Positions 55,336 to 64,000 of a DNA stretch of 64,000 nucleotides are shown here, in pieces. Numbering within the stretch: position 1 is the first letter of the stretch; the number at the start of each line of letters is the position of its first letter. A program made the position numbers and the translations under genes. The stretch is taken from positions 1-64,000 of the IMG/VR virus record IMGVR_UViG_3300017963_000203; one strand, written 5' to 3'. Source of the DNA: a virus. Below the pieces are notes generated by a model. The model worked only from the letters and a program-made list of their open reading frames with translations. It was not told where the DNA came from and ran no database searches.

Positions 55336-56879
55336 CCCTCGCTTTCCATGATGGTGTGGCTGTACTGCCGCAGGTCACGTTCCGCGTTGTCCAAGGCGTA
55401 CATGGCCGTCTTCAGGGGCTCCTGGGAGACGGGCAGGCCCAGCCTCGACGCCAGGAGGAGTTTCGCGCACGCCTCCTTCGCCTGACCGAGCTTCTCGATC
55501 TGGTCCACGAACTTGTAGGCATTCTCCTCGGTGATGAAGTTCAACCCGAGCATGGCGTCGACGGTGTTCTTCGCCTCGTCGTCGTCCACGTCCAGGGCGA
55601 TCTTCACGAATTTCTGGCCGTCCACCGTGGAGAGGGGCAGCCACTTGCCGCTCACCGGCTGAACGAAGGCTGCCTCTTTCATGAGGTTGGGGTAGGAGCC
55701 TCGGAACGCCGGTCGCGGCTGTTCCTTCGCGCTGGCGTCTTTCTCCATGGTCACGGGCTCGTAAGAACCGAGCTTCGCCATCTTCGAGCAGGGAACGAAA
55801 GACCAGTCCTGGCTGATGAAGAGACCACCCTGGTCGTCCATGTGGATGTTCTTGATGTTGGGCGAGACGTGAATCTCCCGCGTGCCGTAAATGGAGTCCA
55901 CCGCGATCTTGTCGATGCCGCCCGGCATCGTTGCGCGACCCACCACTTTCACGGGCTCGGTGGCGATGATGCTTCCGTTCTTCTGGAGAACGAAGGCGCC
56001 CCACCCGTTGGGGTCCTTCCCGAAAGAGGCGGTCTTGTCGAGGGCCACCTCTTCACCGAAGATCGGGTCGCTGGCGTAGTAGTACCGATCTCCGCCGAGT
56101 TCGAAGACGCCCATGACGCCGTCTCGCACCTTCCCGTCCAGACCGAAGATGTGATCGGCCACGATGCACGTGGTGTCTTCGTTGCCCATGGCGACCTTGA
56201 AGACGCCGGCCTTCGTGATCTGAGGCTTCCGGATCTTCACCGGGAGCGCCTTGCGCTTGAGCATGTCCGTGGCCTTGGGGCCGGCCACTGCCGACGTCTT
56301 CTCGGCCTCTTTCGACGCACGAGCATTGTCGGCGAAGACCTGGCGGAACGAGGCGTTCTTTCGCATGGCCCACTCGAGCGCTTCCTGAGATCCGAAGGCG
56401 AGCTGGGCTTCCCTCTCGAAAGACTCGAAGGGAAGGTCGATCTTGGCCGCATAGACGTAACGGCCATCGTAGGGCGGCTGCGTCCGGGAGAAGAGGGCCA
56501 TGTCGCTCGCGGCACCCTCCCCGGGCTCCACGGGCTTGCCCAGGGTCGTTCCCTGAACGATCTCCTGGAGCGACGACTTGGTGAGCGGATGGAGCCTTCC
56601 GTTCACCCAGAAAACGTCGAGTGGGGAGAGGCGGAAGTTGTCCACCACGAGAGGGATCGATACCTTGTCATCGAGCTGGATCTGCCCGACGCCGGCACCG
56701 TTCTCCGCGTCCACCCGGTTGAAGTTCACCTGGACCTTGGCGTTGGCGAGCCACGGATAGGACTGGTGGAGGAACTTCACCACCTCCTGCATCCACTCGT
56801 CCGGGTTCTTGCTCAGCTTGACGTTGGCTTCCTTCTCGAAGGTGCCGAGCACTTTCTCCGTGATGAAGAGATTTTCCAT
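55332..56879 (-). CDS. internal virion protein with many KxA sites
   Basis: EKEA, SKEA, DKTA, DKIA, EKDA, MKEA, VKIA; TVDAMLGLNFITEEN. Confidence 0.75.
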   Translation of the reverse strand: MENLFITEKVLGTFEKEANVKLSKNPDEWMQEVVKFLHQSYPWLANAKVQVNFNRVDAENGAGVGQIQLDDKVSIPLVVDNFRLSPLDVFWVNGRLHPLTKSSLQEIVQGTTLGKPVEPGEGAASDMALFSRTQPPYDGRYVYAAKIDLPFESFEREAQLAFGSQEALEWAMRKNASFRQVFADNARASKEAEKTSAVAGPKATDMLKRKALPVKIRKPQITKAGVFKVAMGNEDTTCIVADHIFGLDGKVRDGVMGVFELGGDRYYYASDPIFGEEVALDKTASFGKDPNGWGAFVLQKNGSIIATEPVKVVGRATMPGGIDKIAVDSIYGTREIHVSPNIKNIHMDDQGGLFISQDWSFVPCSKMAKLGSYEPVTMEKDASAKEQPRPAFRGSYPNLMKEAAFVQPVSGKWLPLSTVDGQKFVKIALDVDDDEAKNTVDAMLGLNFITEENAYKFVDQIEKLGQAKEACAKLLLASRLGLPVSQEPLKTAMYALDNAERDLRQYSHTIMESEG

Positions 56880-56888
56880 GACTCGCTC

Positions 56889-58316
56889 CTACGACAGCGT
56901 TTTCGAAGTCAGTACCTTGCTCGACGACGATGCCTGCGGCTGATCCAACGTCTGCTGGATGTCCGTTGACTGAAGGGCCGTCGGCGGCGTACCGGGCGTG
57001 ATGAGAACGGGATGAGTGTGCAGTTTAATGGCGCTCATGTCCGCATCGTACTTGGTCAGGAACCTCTCGTCCACGAGACCCATACCCCTGACCGAAAGAT
57101 CCGTGTTCAGATTGATCGCCATCAGCTCCCCGCTTCCGCTGATGTCCAGCTTGTCACCAGACACCTGGTACGTCAGGTTGGGCACCCCGTCGGTGCCCTC
57201 CGGAACCTGAATGCTTTCGCCGTCCACCACGAGCGACGACGCCATGGGCGACTGGCTGTTGAATTTTAGCTGGCCGCCCACGATCTCGAGCATCCCAGCG
57301 ATCTGAACACCCTTGTCCGTCAGAGCGATGAACTTATCGCTGGCCCACGTGAGTGAGATGCGCTTGTCGTCCATGAGAATCGAGCGACCTTTCCGCTTGA
57401 GCACAAGCATGCTGTCGCTCAGAACGACCTTGTTGTCCCCCCAAACGAGACCGATTTGGTTTTCGTTCATCCGGAACTGGGCATCCTTGCCGAACGTGTC
57501 CTGTCCGGCCTGAATCGCCACCTTAGAGAGTCTGACCTCTTTGGCCTGATTATCCACCTCGAGCAGCGCGTGCGTCCCCAAGAGCGCCCACACACCTTCG
57601 GAGATGGTCTGCCCCTTTGTCTCCACAGAGACGTTCTTGGTGGGGCGGTTCCCGTTCGAAACTGCGCCAGCGACGATATCCACGTCACGGTCAGCTTCGT
57701 CGGATGGATCACTGTTGATGCTGATGGTGGTCGTGGCCTGCTTGGTCTTGTCGTCGGTCTGGACCTTAAAGCTGTATCCGGCGAAGATCTGCCAGCAATC
57801 CTTGGCCCAAGTGACCGCAAGACTCTTCACCCGACTCAGAAGACGGAAACAGAAGTTCGAGGCCAGGGAGAGGATGTCACCGTTCTCGTAGATCTGGTGA
57901 TAACTACGAGGATCATCCCGGTTCTGCATGACCACATCGCCCTCCAACGGTGGGTCAATAACATATTCCCCGAAGTCAGCCATGTCGATGCTGTATCGGT
58001 CGTGGAGGGCCCTACGAAGCTCGAGGTCCTTCTGGTACACGGCACCCGCAGGAGATTCTCTTTCCTTCGTGGGCGCCCTTGACGAAGCAACTTCGCCGAG
58101 AATGAGCCAGCTTGACGTGGCAAACTTGATACAGGCCACCCGAGTGCCGACAGGGTACGGCTTGTAGGCACCGCTCATGATTGGGCGAGCGATCCCCTCA
58201 CTTTTCCCATCGAGAGCGATTCGGTACGTGTTCACGCCGGGATCGTACGTGCGCACGAAACCCATGTTGAACGCCGCTTCTTGCGCTGAATCGCCGAACA
58301 GTCCCGATCGCAGCAT
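56889..58316 (-). CDS. baseplate spike/hub protein (gpV/gp5-like)
   Basis: N-terminal OB-like G.V..YDP...PVGTRV, beta-repeat stalk, C-terminal HTH(P) metal-binding motif. Confidence 0.65.
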   Translation of the reverse strand: MLRSGLFGDSAQEAAFNMGFVRTYDPGVNTYRIALDGKSEGIARPIMSGAYKPYPVGTRVACIKFATSSWLILGEVASSRAPTKERESPAGAVYQKDLELRRALHDRYSIDMADFGEYVIDPPLEGDVVMQNRDDPRSYHQIYENGDILSLASNFCFRLLSRVKSLAVTWAKDCWQIFAGYSFKVQTDDKTKQATTTISINSDPSDEADRDVDIVAGAVSNGNRPTKNVSVETKGQTISEGVWALLGTHALLEVDNQAKEVRLSKVAIQAGQDTFGKDAQFRMNENQIGLVWGDNKVVLSDSMLVLKRKGRSILMDDKRISLTWASDKFIALTDKGVQIAGMLEIVGGQLKFNSQSPMASSLVVDGESIQVPEGTDGVPNLTYQVSGDKLDISGSGELMAINLNTDLSVRGMGLVDERFLTKYDADMSAIKLHTHPVLITPGTPPTALQSTDIQQTLDQPQASSSSKVLTSKTLS

Positions 58317-58317
58317 C

Positions 58318-61300
58318 TCACTCCTCGAGCTTGTCCACAAGTTCCTGTAGAGCCGCACTCACGTCCCCGTCGAGATCGGAATGAACAACCTCTTCGGGCT
58401 CGACCATCAGGGACATTATAGAGTCGATCTCACGGGTGAGAGCCACCTTGGACATGTTCTGGTCCACTTTCGTGTTGAAGTACTTTCCGAAAGCGTACGT
58501 AGCAATGGGATGGCCACCAGGACCGATGTTGGAAACGGCTCCGAGCCCCGGGGCGGCCTTGAGTGTCTGGTGGGGCCGCTCGGCTACGAGCTGACCGATG
58601 AAGTCGTTCGCGTATTGAGGAGCCTTCCTGATGGACAAGAGCGTAGGCGTGAACACAATGGGCTGCTTTCCCTTCTTCCGCAGCTTCTTGTTCATGGCCT
58701 CCAGATTGTTCACGGAGATCACGTCGCCTCGGTGCACCCCGAACTCCACGTCTGCATCGCCCGGCTCGTCCACTTGGGCCCGTGTCGTGAGTGGATGGAT
58801 GGCAGTCTCGAAGATCTTCCGCTTCACCCGGACGCCGGCGTCGGTGAAGACCCGGCTCATGTCACCGATCATTCTCTCCTGAACGACGTGGATGTCGTTG
58901 GTGGCCGCGAGGACATCCTGAGGCTTGACAGCCCCGCCAGCCGAGAGCATCTGACCGGCTCGAACGGATTGACCCTTCTTCACGCCCAGACCGACCTCCT
59001 TGGGCACGAAGTGTCGCATTCCCGCGACACTCACGTTCCAGCCGCCAGCGGCGGAAGTCTCTATGCTGTCGATCTTTCCGCCCTGGAGTGCCAAAATGGC
59101 ACGGCCCTTCACATTGGTGGGCATCTCAAGGATCTGTTTCAGCCTGGGGTAGCCCAAACTTGCACCGCCCAGGGCGCCGCCCGTGTGAAACGTCTTCATC
59201 GTGAGCTGCGTTGCCGGCTCCGAAATCGTTTGACCGGCGAGTGTTCCGACATGGTAACCCACGTTGGGGAGGTTTCCGTTCTCCAACGGACCAAAGCACA
59301 TGGCGCAGACGCCCCGAGTGGCCTGGCACCGTAGGGGAGACCGAACCTTGATCTTCTTCACGCCGCGCGCCTTGAGGTTCCTGATGAGCTGCGGGTCGGT
59401 GATCTTCCCGCGGTATGGCCCACTGGCCACGACCCGGTCAAGCGCTTCTGGATCCGTGATGCCCATTTCGATACCCATGGTCGTCCCGCAATCCCGCGCT
59501 GAGATGGTCGTGTCCACTGTAGCGGCGATGAGCGCCTTTCCGAATGCGCCGGTGTCAGCCGTCGAAAGCGTACGGTCCATGAGGCCCTTCCGGGAGCCGG
59601 GGATCATGGCCCAGAAGCTGCCCATGTCCATGCCCTCGGAGAAGGACTTCTCGATGGGCACCTCGATGATCTTCCCCTCGTGATCTGTCACGGCCACGGG
59701 CGAGGCGACCATCTGGGTGATCATATTGGACTTCCCGAAAGCCCCGGAGAGTGGACCTCCGATGACCATCCGGTTGTCCACCTTGGCCTTGACCGCACGC
59801 TCCATCTCCTTCTGGGCCCGCCCGTAGGCCTTGGCGAAGCCCATGGTCTTGGCGTTCTTCTTCGCCTTGGCCAAAATGGAGTCGCGCTCGTTCTTCGGGA
59901 AGGAGAGATCGCCCAGGTCGAAAGACCATCCAATCTCGGTCACGTACTTGTTCCCGAGATCCTTGATCTTCGAAATCACCTGGCCGGCCACGGCCGGCTT
60001 CTTCCTGGCAACGTCATGGATGATCTTCATGAGCTTCCCCTTGTCGACCGAGATGTTTCCCGGTTTGAATCCGACAGGGAACGCCTGGTTGAAGATGATC
60101 TGCCCTGCGCAAATCCGATTCCCGTGAATTGACACCGCTTGATTGGCTTTGATGCGGCCGCTCCGGTACATCTGGAGAACCTCGTTCTCTGAGCTCGCCT
60201 TAGTGACCGCTGCGCCTTTCGGGGTGGTCATGAGGTAGACCCCGAGAACCATTTCCATCGATGGAGAGTGGATCAGGCTGTTATCCCGGGGACTGAAGAG
60301 GTTGTTGCTCGGGAGCAGATTTGTCGTAGCCTCGCGGCGAGCATCCTCCGACACCGGTACGTGGACCTGCATGGCGTCGCCATCGAAATCGGCGTTGAAC
60401 CCCTTCACCACGAGAGGGTTGATCTCGATGGCCTTACCCTTCGTGAGCATGGGCTTGAAGGAGAGAAGGCTGAATTTGTGGAGGGACGGGGCTCGGTTCA
60501 GCACGACCGGCCGCTCCCGGACTACGGCCTCGAGTGCGGAGAGGGCTGAAGGATCTCGCTTCTCGATCAGTTCCCTGGCCTTCAGTGGCGGATACCCGAG
60601 CATCCCCATCCTCTGGACGATGAAAGGCTTGTAGATGGTGAAGGCCATTTCCTCGGGAATCTTCGCCTCATCGATGCCGAGTTTGGGGTCCGGGATGATC
60701 GTGGACCGGCCGGTGAGGTCCTGCCTGCGCTTCAGCACACGACCTTGAAAGAGGCCGTACTTGTTCTGCTGTCCCTTGATGGTGGCCAGGAATCCCTTGA
60801 AATTCTGGCTTCTGGTCAGAGGCTCCTGCAACCCCACCAGCCCACGGACCGCACCGTAGAGCTGCGCCCGGAGTGGAGCAAGGTTCTTGTCGTCCACACC
60901 CAAGCTCTTGAGGTCCTTGATCTGGTTGTTCACCATGAGGACCTCTCGGTAGCCGTGTACGGGATCCGCCACGTTCAGCGTTCCGTCCGGATTGGGGTAG
61001 ATGGGGCGCATCTTGGCCGGAACGACGGGCACCTTCGAGTTGAGGTACGCCTTCGCCGGCGTCAGGTTCACAGCCTTGAGCGCACGGAGATATCGGAGCT
61101 TCTTGATGGCTACGTCACGCCGATCCCCCTTCAACCCGCTGACCTGGCGCCGCAAACTCCTCAGCTCTCCGTCCACGTCGATCTTCGATAGAAGAATCTT
61201 GAGACCTTCGCCGCCCGTCTTGTTCTGAGGTGCGTGATCGTGGGTGATCTCTCCCTCCGGCGTGACCCACAACGTGCCGTTGATGAGTCCGTTAAACTGC

Positions 61301-63999
61301 GTTCGCTTGAACGGACGCCCGGGCTGGCTGAGAACGCCCATGATAGCCTGATCCATGAGTGGATTGGCGATGGGTCCCTCGAGGTCGATGTGATTCCAGT
61401 AGTTCCCGTCGAAACCGCCTGTCAACCCTCGATCAAAGAGGCCCCGCGGCTCGGGGGCCAAGTCGTTGGCCCGCACTACGCCAGGACTCGTGATGGCCCC
61501 GTTGCTCTGGTCGAGGATATCCTCGTCAGTGAGCGGGAGTGCCTTGAGCTTCTTGCCCTCCTGCTTCACGTTGATCCCGGCGCCCTTCATGTAAGCCATG
61601 AACTTGTTCACCACGAAGGGCGACTTCGGTGGCGGCGTCGGGAGGCCGAGCTGGATGGCACGCCAGAACTCGTCGTTCTTCTGGGACTTGATCGTGGCCG
61701 CATCCCGCAGAAACGCCGTGCCTCCGGAAGAAAGGAGCGAGTAGAGCTCCATCATCCCGATGGCCATGGGGCTGGCGTGAGGTTCACGTGCCGGAGATTC
61801 GTCGTGGGTATACGTCGTGTGGCCACGGGCGCTCAGCTTCTTCGAGACCTGGTGGCGCAACTTCACGAAGTGCAGATTTCCCGTCTGCACATTGTCGTGG
61901 TACTTGTTCGTGGTCGGATCGTGGAGACGTTCGGCACTGTTACGGTTGAGACCGTTGGCCTCGAGCTGCTGACGAATGTGCTCCGTGGCGTCTGCCACAC
62001 CACCGAAGTTCTGGACGAGGTACGGCTTCCCCGTCTTCTCGGCGATCTTCCCCGCGGACGCTTCGAGATACGCCCCGGGATTGGCCCGGCCAAGGACTCC
62101 GGACGGATTGAAGAGGACGTCGAGGGGCTTGCCATCCTCGCCGTGATACATCTCCTTGTCCGGAAGGATCATCGTGACGATGCCCTTTCCGCCGTGCCTC
62201 TGAGAGAGCTTGTCTCCGACCTCCAACGTCTCCTCGGTCTTCACATAGACGGTGATGAACTTTCGCGTCTTGACCACGTTCATCACCTCGGCCGGGTATT
62301 CGCTGTCCCACCGAACCGACACATCCTGCCACTGGTGCTTCAGAGACCGGTGCAAACTGGCGTAGCTGAATTCCTCGTGGACCTTTATCTTTCTCACGGC
62401 TGGAATCGCCACATCACCCATCTGGAGGACGGCGCCAGTCTTCACAATCCCGTTGGGGCCGTACTTCGACCGGTCCAACCCCTCGGCCTCAGCGGGGAAG
62501 TGAGCCAGGAATACCGGAAGCCCCACGCTGATCGTAGAGTCCAGGTTCAGGGTCATCTCGTGTTTATGCACCGAGGTGAGTTTCTTGGCCGCAGTCTCCG
62601 AGACGACGATACCGTCCTCGAAGTTGTACCCCTTGTAAGGCATGAATCCCGTTCGAAGGCTCTTCCCGAGAGCCAAGGCGCCGTTACGCGTGAAGTCGGA
62701 ATCGGCCACCGGCTGACCCTTCCGCACACGGTCTCCCGTCTTCACAATCGCCTTCTCGTTCAGGAAAGCGTTCGAATTGAGCGGGTAGTGATCGTGGAGC
62801 GGGACGGTGTACGTCTGCCCATCGTTCCCTTGAATCGTGATCTTCTTCGAAGTGACACGCTTCACCACACCGTCCACTGGAGCCTGGGGCACGATACGCT
62901 CGCCAACAGCCGTCTCGTAGCCCCGCGCTCCGAACTTGGACTGAACGAGGGGCACGTCCGGGTCCTTCAACGGCACGGCCTGGGTGATGTGATGACTCGC
63001 CATGAGGATCCGGTTGGGGCTGTTCGTGTGAACGAAGGGGACGGCATTGGCCGCGAAACTGAGGATCTTGGAGGCGCTGTCCACGATGTAATCCACCTGA
63101 CGTGCGGGGATCATCTTGAACTCGCCTTTGTACCGGGCCTTGACCGGATCTCTCCGCGCTTTCGGCGGCGTCCTGGTGGTGTCGAACTCATCGTTGAACG
63201 CGAGCACCTTGTCCTCGAGGTCGAAGGCTTTCTTCGTCTCTCTCGCGCCCGTCTTGGCGTTGATCACCGTCAGCCCAATGTCGTTCCCGATCTTCTTGGA
63301 ACCGAGAGCGAGATGGGCATTGATGCCGATCTTGCTCGACTCTGGCGTCTGAACAGGGTCGAAGATCCCCAGGTGGCTCGGGTGCAGGGCACGGAGTCGG
63401 TCACTTACCGCGTGTACGGAGGAGATGCCTCCCTCGCCCATGGACGTGACCAGGGACTGCACGCCCACCATGTCGAGGGGATTATTCTGGTCGCTGTATC
63501 GAGAGAACTCGCTTGTGGTGAAGAACCGCTGCACGGGCTTGGTAAAAAGAGAAGGTGGAAGCACGTCGACCACTGACGGCCGGCGATCGATCTGGAATCG
63601 AATCGACCTCTCGGCTGTCGGTACGTTCTGCTCGAGCTTCTCGACGATGAAATCGTCCACCGAATGCAGGGACTTGTAGGCCAGGTTCTCAGTGTCGTCG
63701 GCCTTCACCTCTCCGCGAGCCAGAGCCAGGGCCTTCTCGCTCGAAGCCACAAGGACCTTGGGCTCGATGCGGCTGTATCGGGTCCCAAGCGTCAGCTTCG
63801 TGATGTTCGGATCCAGCGGTTTGCTGGCAAAGAACTTTCCGATGGCCTCGGCCAAGGCTTCCTGACCCTCCGGCTGGTCGGCGTAGGGTCGCATCTTTTT
63901 GTAGAGCTTCGCCAACTCAGCAGGGCGGTCGTACTTCCGATTCTCTTGGAGGATCTCGTCGCCCCAGATCTTCCGAAGGTCCACATCGGTGACGCCCAG
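58318..63999 (-). CDS. rpoBC: fused beta/beta' multi-subunit RNA polymerase (5'-truncated by the window edge)
   Basis: beta motifs HPSH...TPES..IG, GYNFED, GDKLSQRHGGKG, KLRHQV; beta' motifs NRAPSLH, NADFDGD, GQTISEPATQLTMKTFHTGG in one frame; frame open to the window end. Confidence 0.95.
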   Translation of the reverse strand: MGVTDVDLRKIWGDEILQENRKYDRPAELAKLYKKMRPYADQPEGQEALAEAIGKFFASKPLDPNITKLTLGTRYSRIEPKVLVASSEKALALARGEVKADDTENLAYKSLHSVDDFIVEKLEQNVPTAERSIRFQIDRRPSVVDVLPPSLFTKPVQRFFTTSEFSRYSDQNNPLDMVGVQSLVTSMGEGGISSVHAVSDRLRALHPSHLGIFDPVQTPESSKIGINAHLALGSKKIGNDIGLTVINAKTGARETKKAFDLEDKVLAFNDEFDTTRTPPKARRDPVKARYKGEFKMIPARQVDYIVDSASKILSFAANAVPFVHTNSPNRILMASHHITQAVPLKDPDVPLVQSKFGARGYETAVGERIVPQAPVDGVVKRVTSKKITIQGNDGQTYTVPLHDHYPLNSNAFLNEKAIVKTGDRVRKGQPVADSDFTRNGALALGKSLRTGFMPYKGYNFEDGIVVSETAAKKLTSVHKHEMTLNLDSTISVGLPVFLAHFPAEAEGLDRSKYGPNGIVKTGAVLQMGDVAIPAVRKIKVHEEFSYASLHRSLKHQWQDVSVRWDSEYPAEVMNVVKTRKFITVYVKTEETLEVGDKLSQRHGGKGIVTMILPDKEMYHGEDGKPLDVLFNPSGVLGRANPGAYLEASAGKIAEKTGKPYLVQNFGGVADATEHIRQQLEANGLNRNSAERLHDPTTNKYHDNVQTGNLHFVKLRHQVSKKLSARGHTTYTHDESPAREPHASPMAIGMMELYSLLSSGGTAFLRDAATIKSQKNDEFWRAIQLGLPTPPPKSPFVVNKFMAYMKGAGINVKQEGKKLKALPLTDEDILDQSNGAITSPGVVRANDLAPEPRGLFDRGLTGGFDGNYWNHIDLEGPIANPLMDQAIMGVLSQPGRPFKRTQFNGLINGTLWVTPEGEITHDHAPQNKTGGEGLKILLSKIDVDGELRSLRRQVSGLKGDRRDVAIKKLRYLRALKAVNLTPAKAYLNSKVPVVPAKMRPIYPNPDGTLNVADPVHGYREVLMVNNQIKDLKSLGVDDKNLAPLRAQLYGAVRGLVGLQEPLTRSQNFKGFLATIKGQQNKYGLFQGRVLKRRQDLTGRSTIIPDPKLGIDEAKIPEEMAFTIYKPFIVQRMGMLGYPPLKARELIEKRDPSALSALEAVVRERPVVLNRAPSLHKFSLLSFKPMLTKGKAIEINPLVVKGFNADFDGDAMQVHVPVSEDARREATTNLLPSNNLFSPRDNSLIHSPSMEMVLGVYLMTTPKGAAVTKASSENEVLQMYRSGRIKANQAVSIHGNRICAGQIIFNQAFPVGFKPGNISVDKGKLMKIIHDVARKKPAVAGQVISKIKDLGNKYVTEIGWSFDLGDLSFPKNERDSILAKAKKNAKTMGFAKAYGRAQKEMERAVKAKVDNRMVIGGPLSGAFGKSNMITQMVASPVAVTDHEGKIIEVPIEKSFSEGMDMGSFWAMIPGSRKGLMDRTLSTADTGAFGKALIAATVDTTISARDCGTTMGIEMGITDPEALDRVVASGPYRGKITDPQLIRNLKARGVKKIKVRSPLRCQATRGVCAMCFGPLENGNLPNVGYHVGTLAGQTISEPATQLTMKTFHTGGALGGASLGYPRLKQILEMPTNVKGRAILALQGGKIDSIETSAAGGWNVSVAGMRHFVPKEVGLGVKKGQSVRAGQMLSAGGAVKPQDVLAATNDIHVVQERMIGDMSRVFTDAGVRVKRKIFETAIHPLTTRAQVDEPGDADVEFGVHRGDVISVNNLEAMNKKLRKKGKQPIVFTPTLLSIRKAPQYANDFIGQLVAERPHQTLKAAPGLGAVSNIGPGGHPIATYAFGKYFNTKVDQNMSKVALTREIDSIMSLMVEPEEVVHSDLDGDVSAALQELVDKLEE

Positions 64000-64000
64000 A

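Noticed and set aside
1-64000. Stop-codon reassignment explaining the polA TAG
   Set aside because: Other genes are intact under the standard code and several end in TAG; read-through at 8554 would enter the Apyc1 region, not the PolA C-chain
58318-64000. Bacterial chromosomal rpoBC (host DNA or prophage boundary)
   Set aside because: Too divergent and compact, fused, and directly coupled to spike and terminase genes with no ribosomal-protein context

Overview
64-kb segment of a large, GC-rich (roughly 60% by eye) tailed dsDNA phage with a contractile tail, in two convergent arms meeting at a terminator near 30.9 kb. The + arm (1-30.9 kb) is a replication/recombination module: HTH initiator with internal iterons, RNase HI, DnaB, primase, SSB, family-A DNA polymerase, SF2 helicase, RecA, two resolvases, Cas4-like nuclease, family-4 UDG, NAD-ligase and a sigma-70 factor. 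It also carries a tmRNA and several unexplained structured RNAs. The - arm (31-64 kb) is morphogenesis: tube, sheath, neck, capsid, scaffolds, prohead protease, terminase and spike. It ends in a fused beta/beta' multi-subunit RNA polymerase cut by the window edge. Highlights: (1) a recurrent AFxxGFxDELEKx[AG] tag plus Kx[AG] sites that divide many virion proteins into cargo modules, including one polyprotein with a nucleotidyltransferase and a type IV pilin-like G|FTLIELM peptide; (2) PolA split inside its TGRxSS...LQNxP motif by an inserted Apyc1-like anti-Pycsar cassette flanked by a degenerate direct repeat; (3) two apparently paralogous ~300-nt non-coding RNAs sharing ordered motifs, a pseudoknot-type helix and terminator switches. 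All family calls come from motif recognition and memory; no searches were run.
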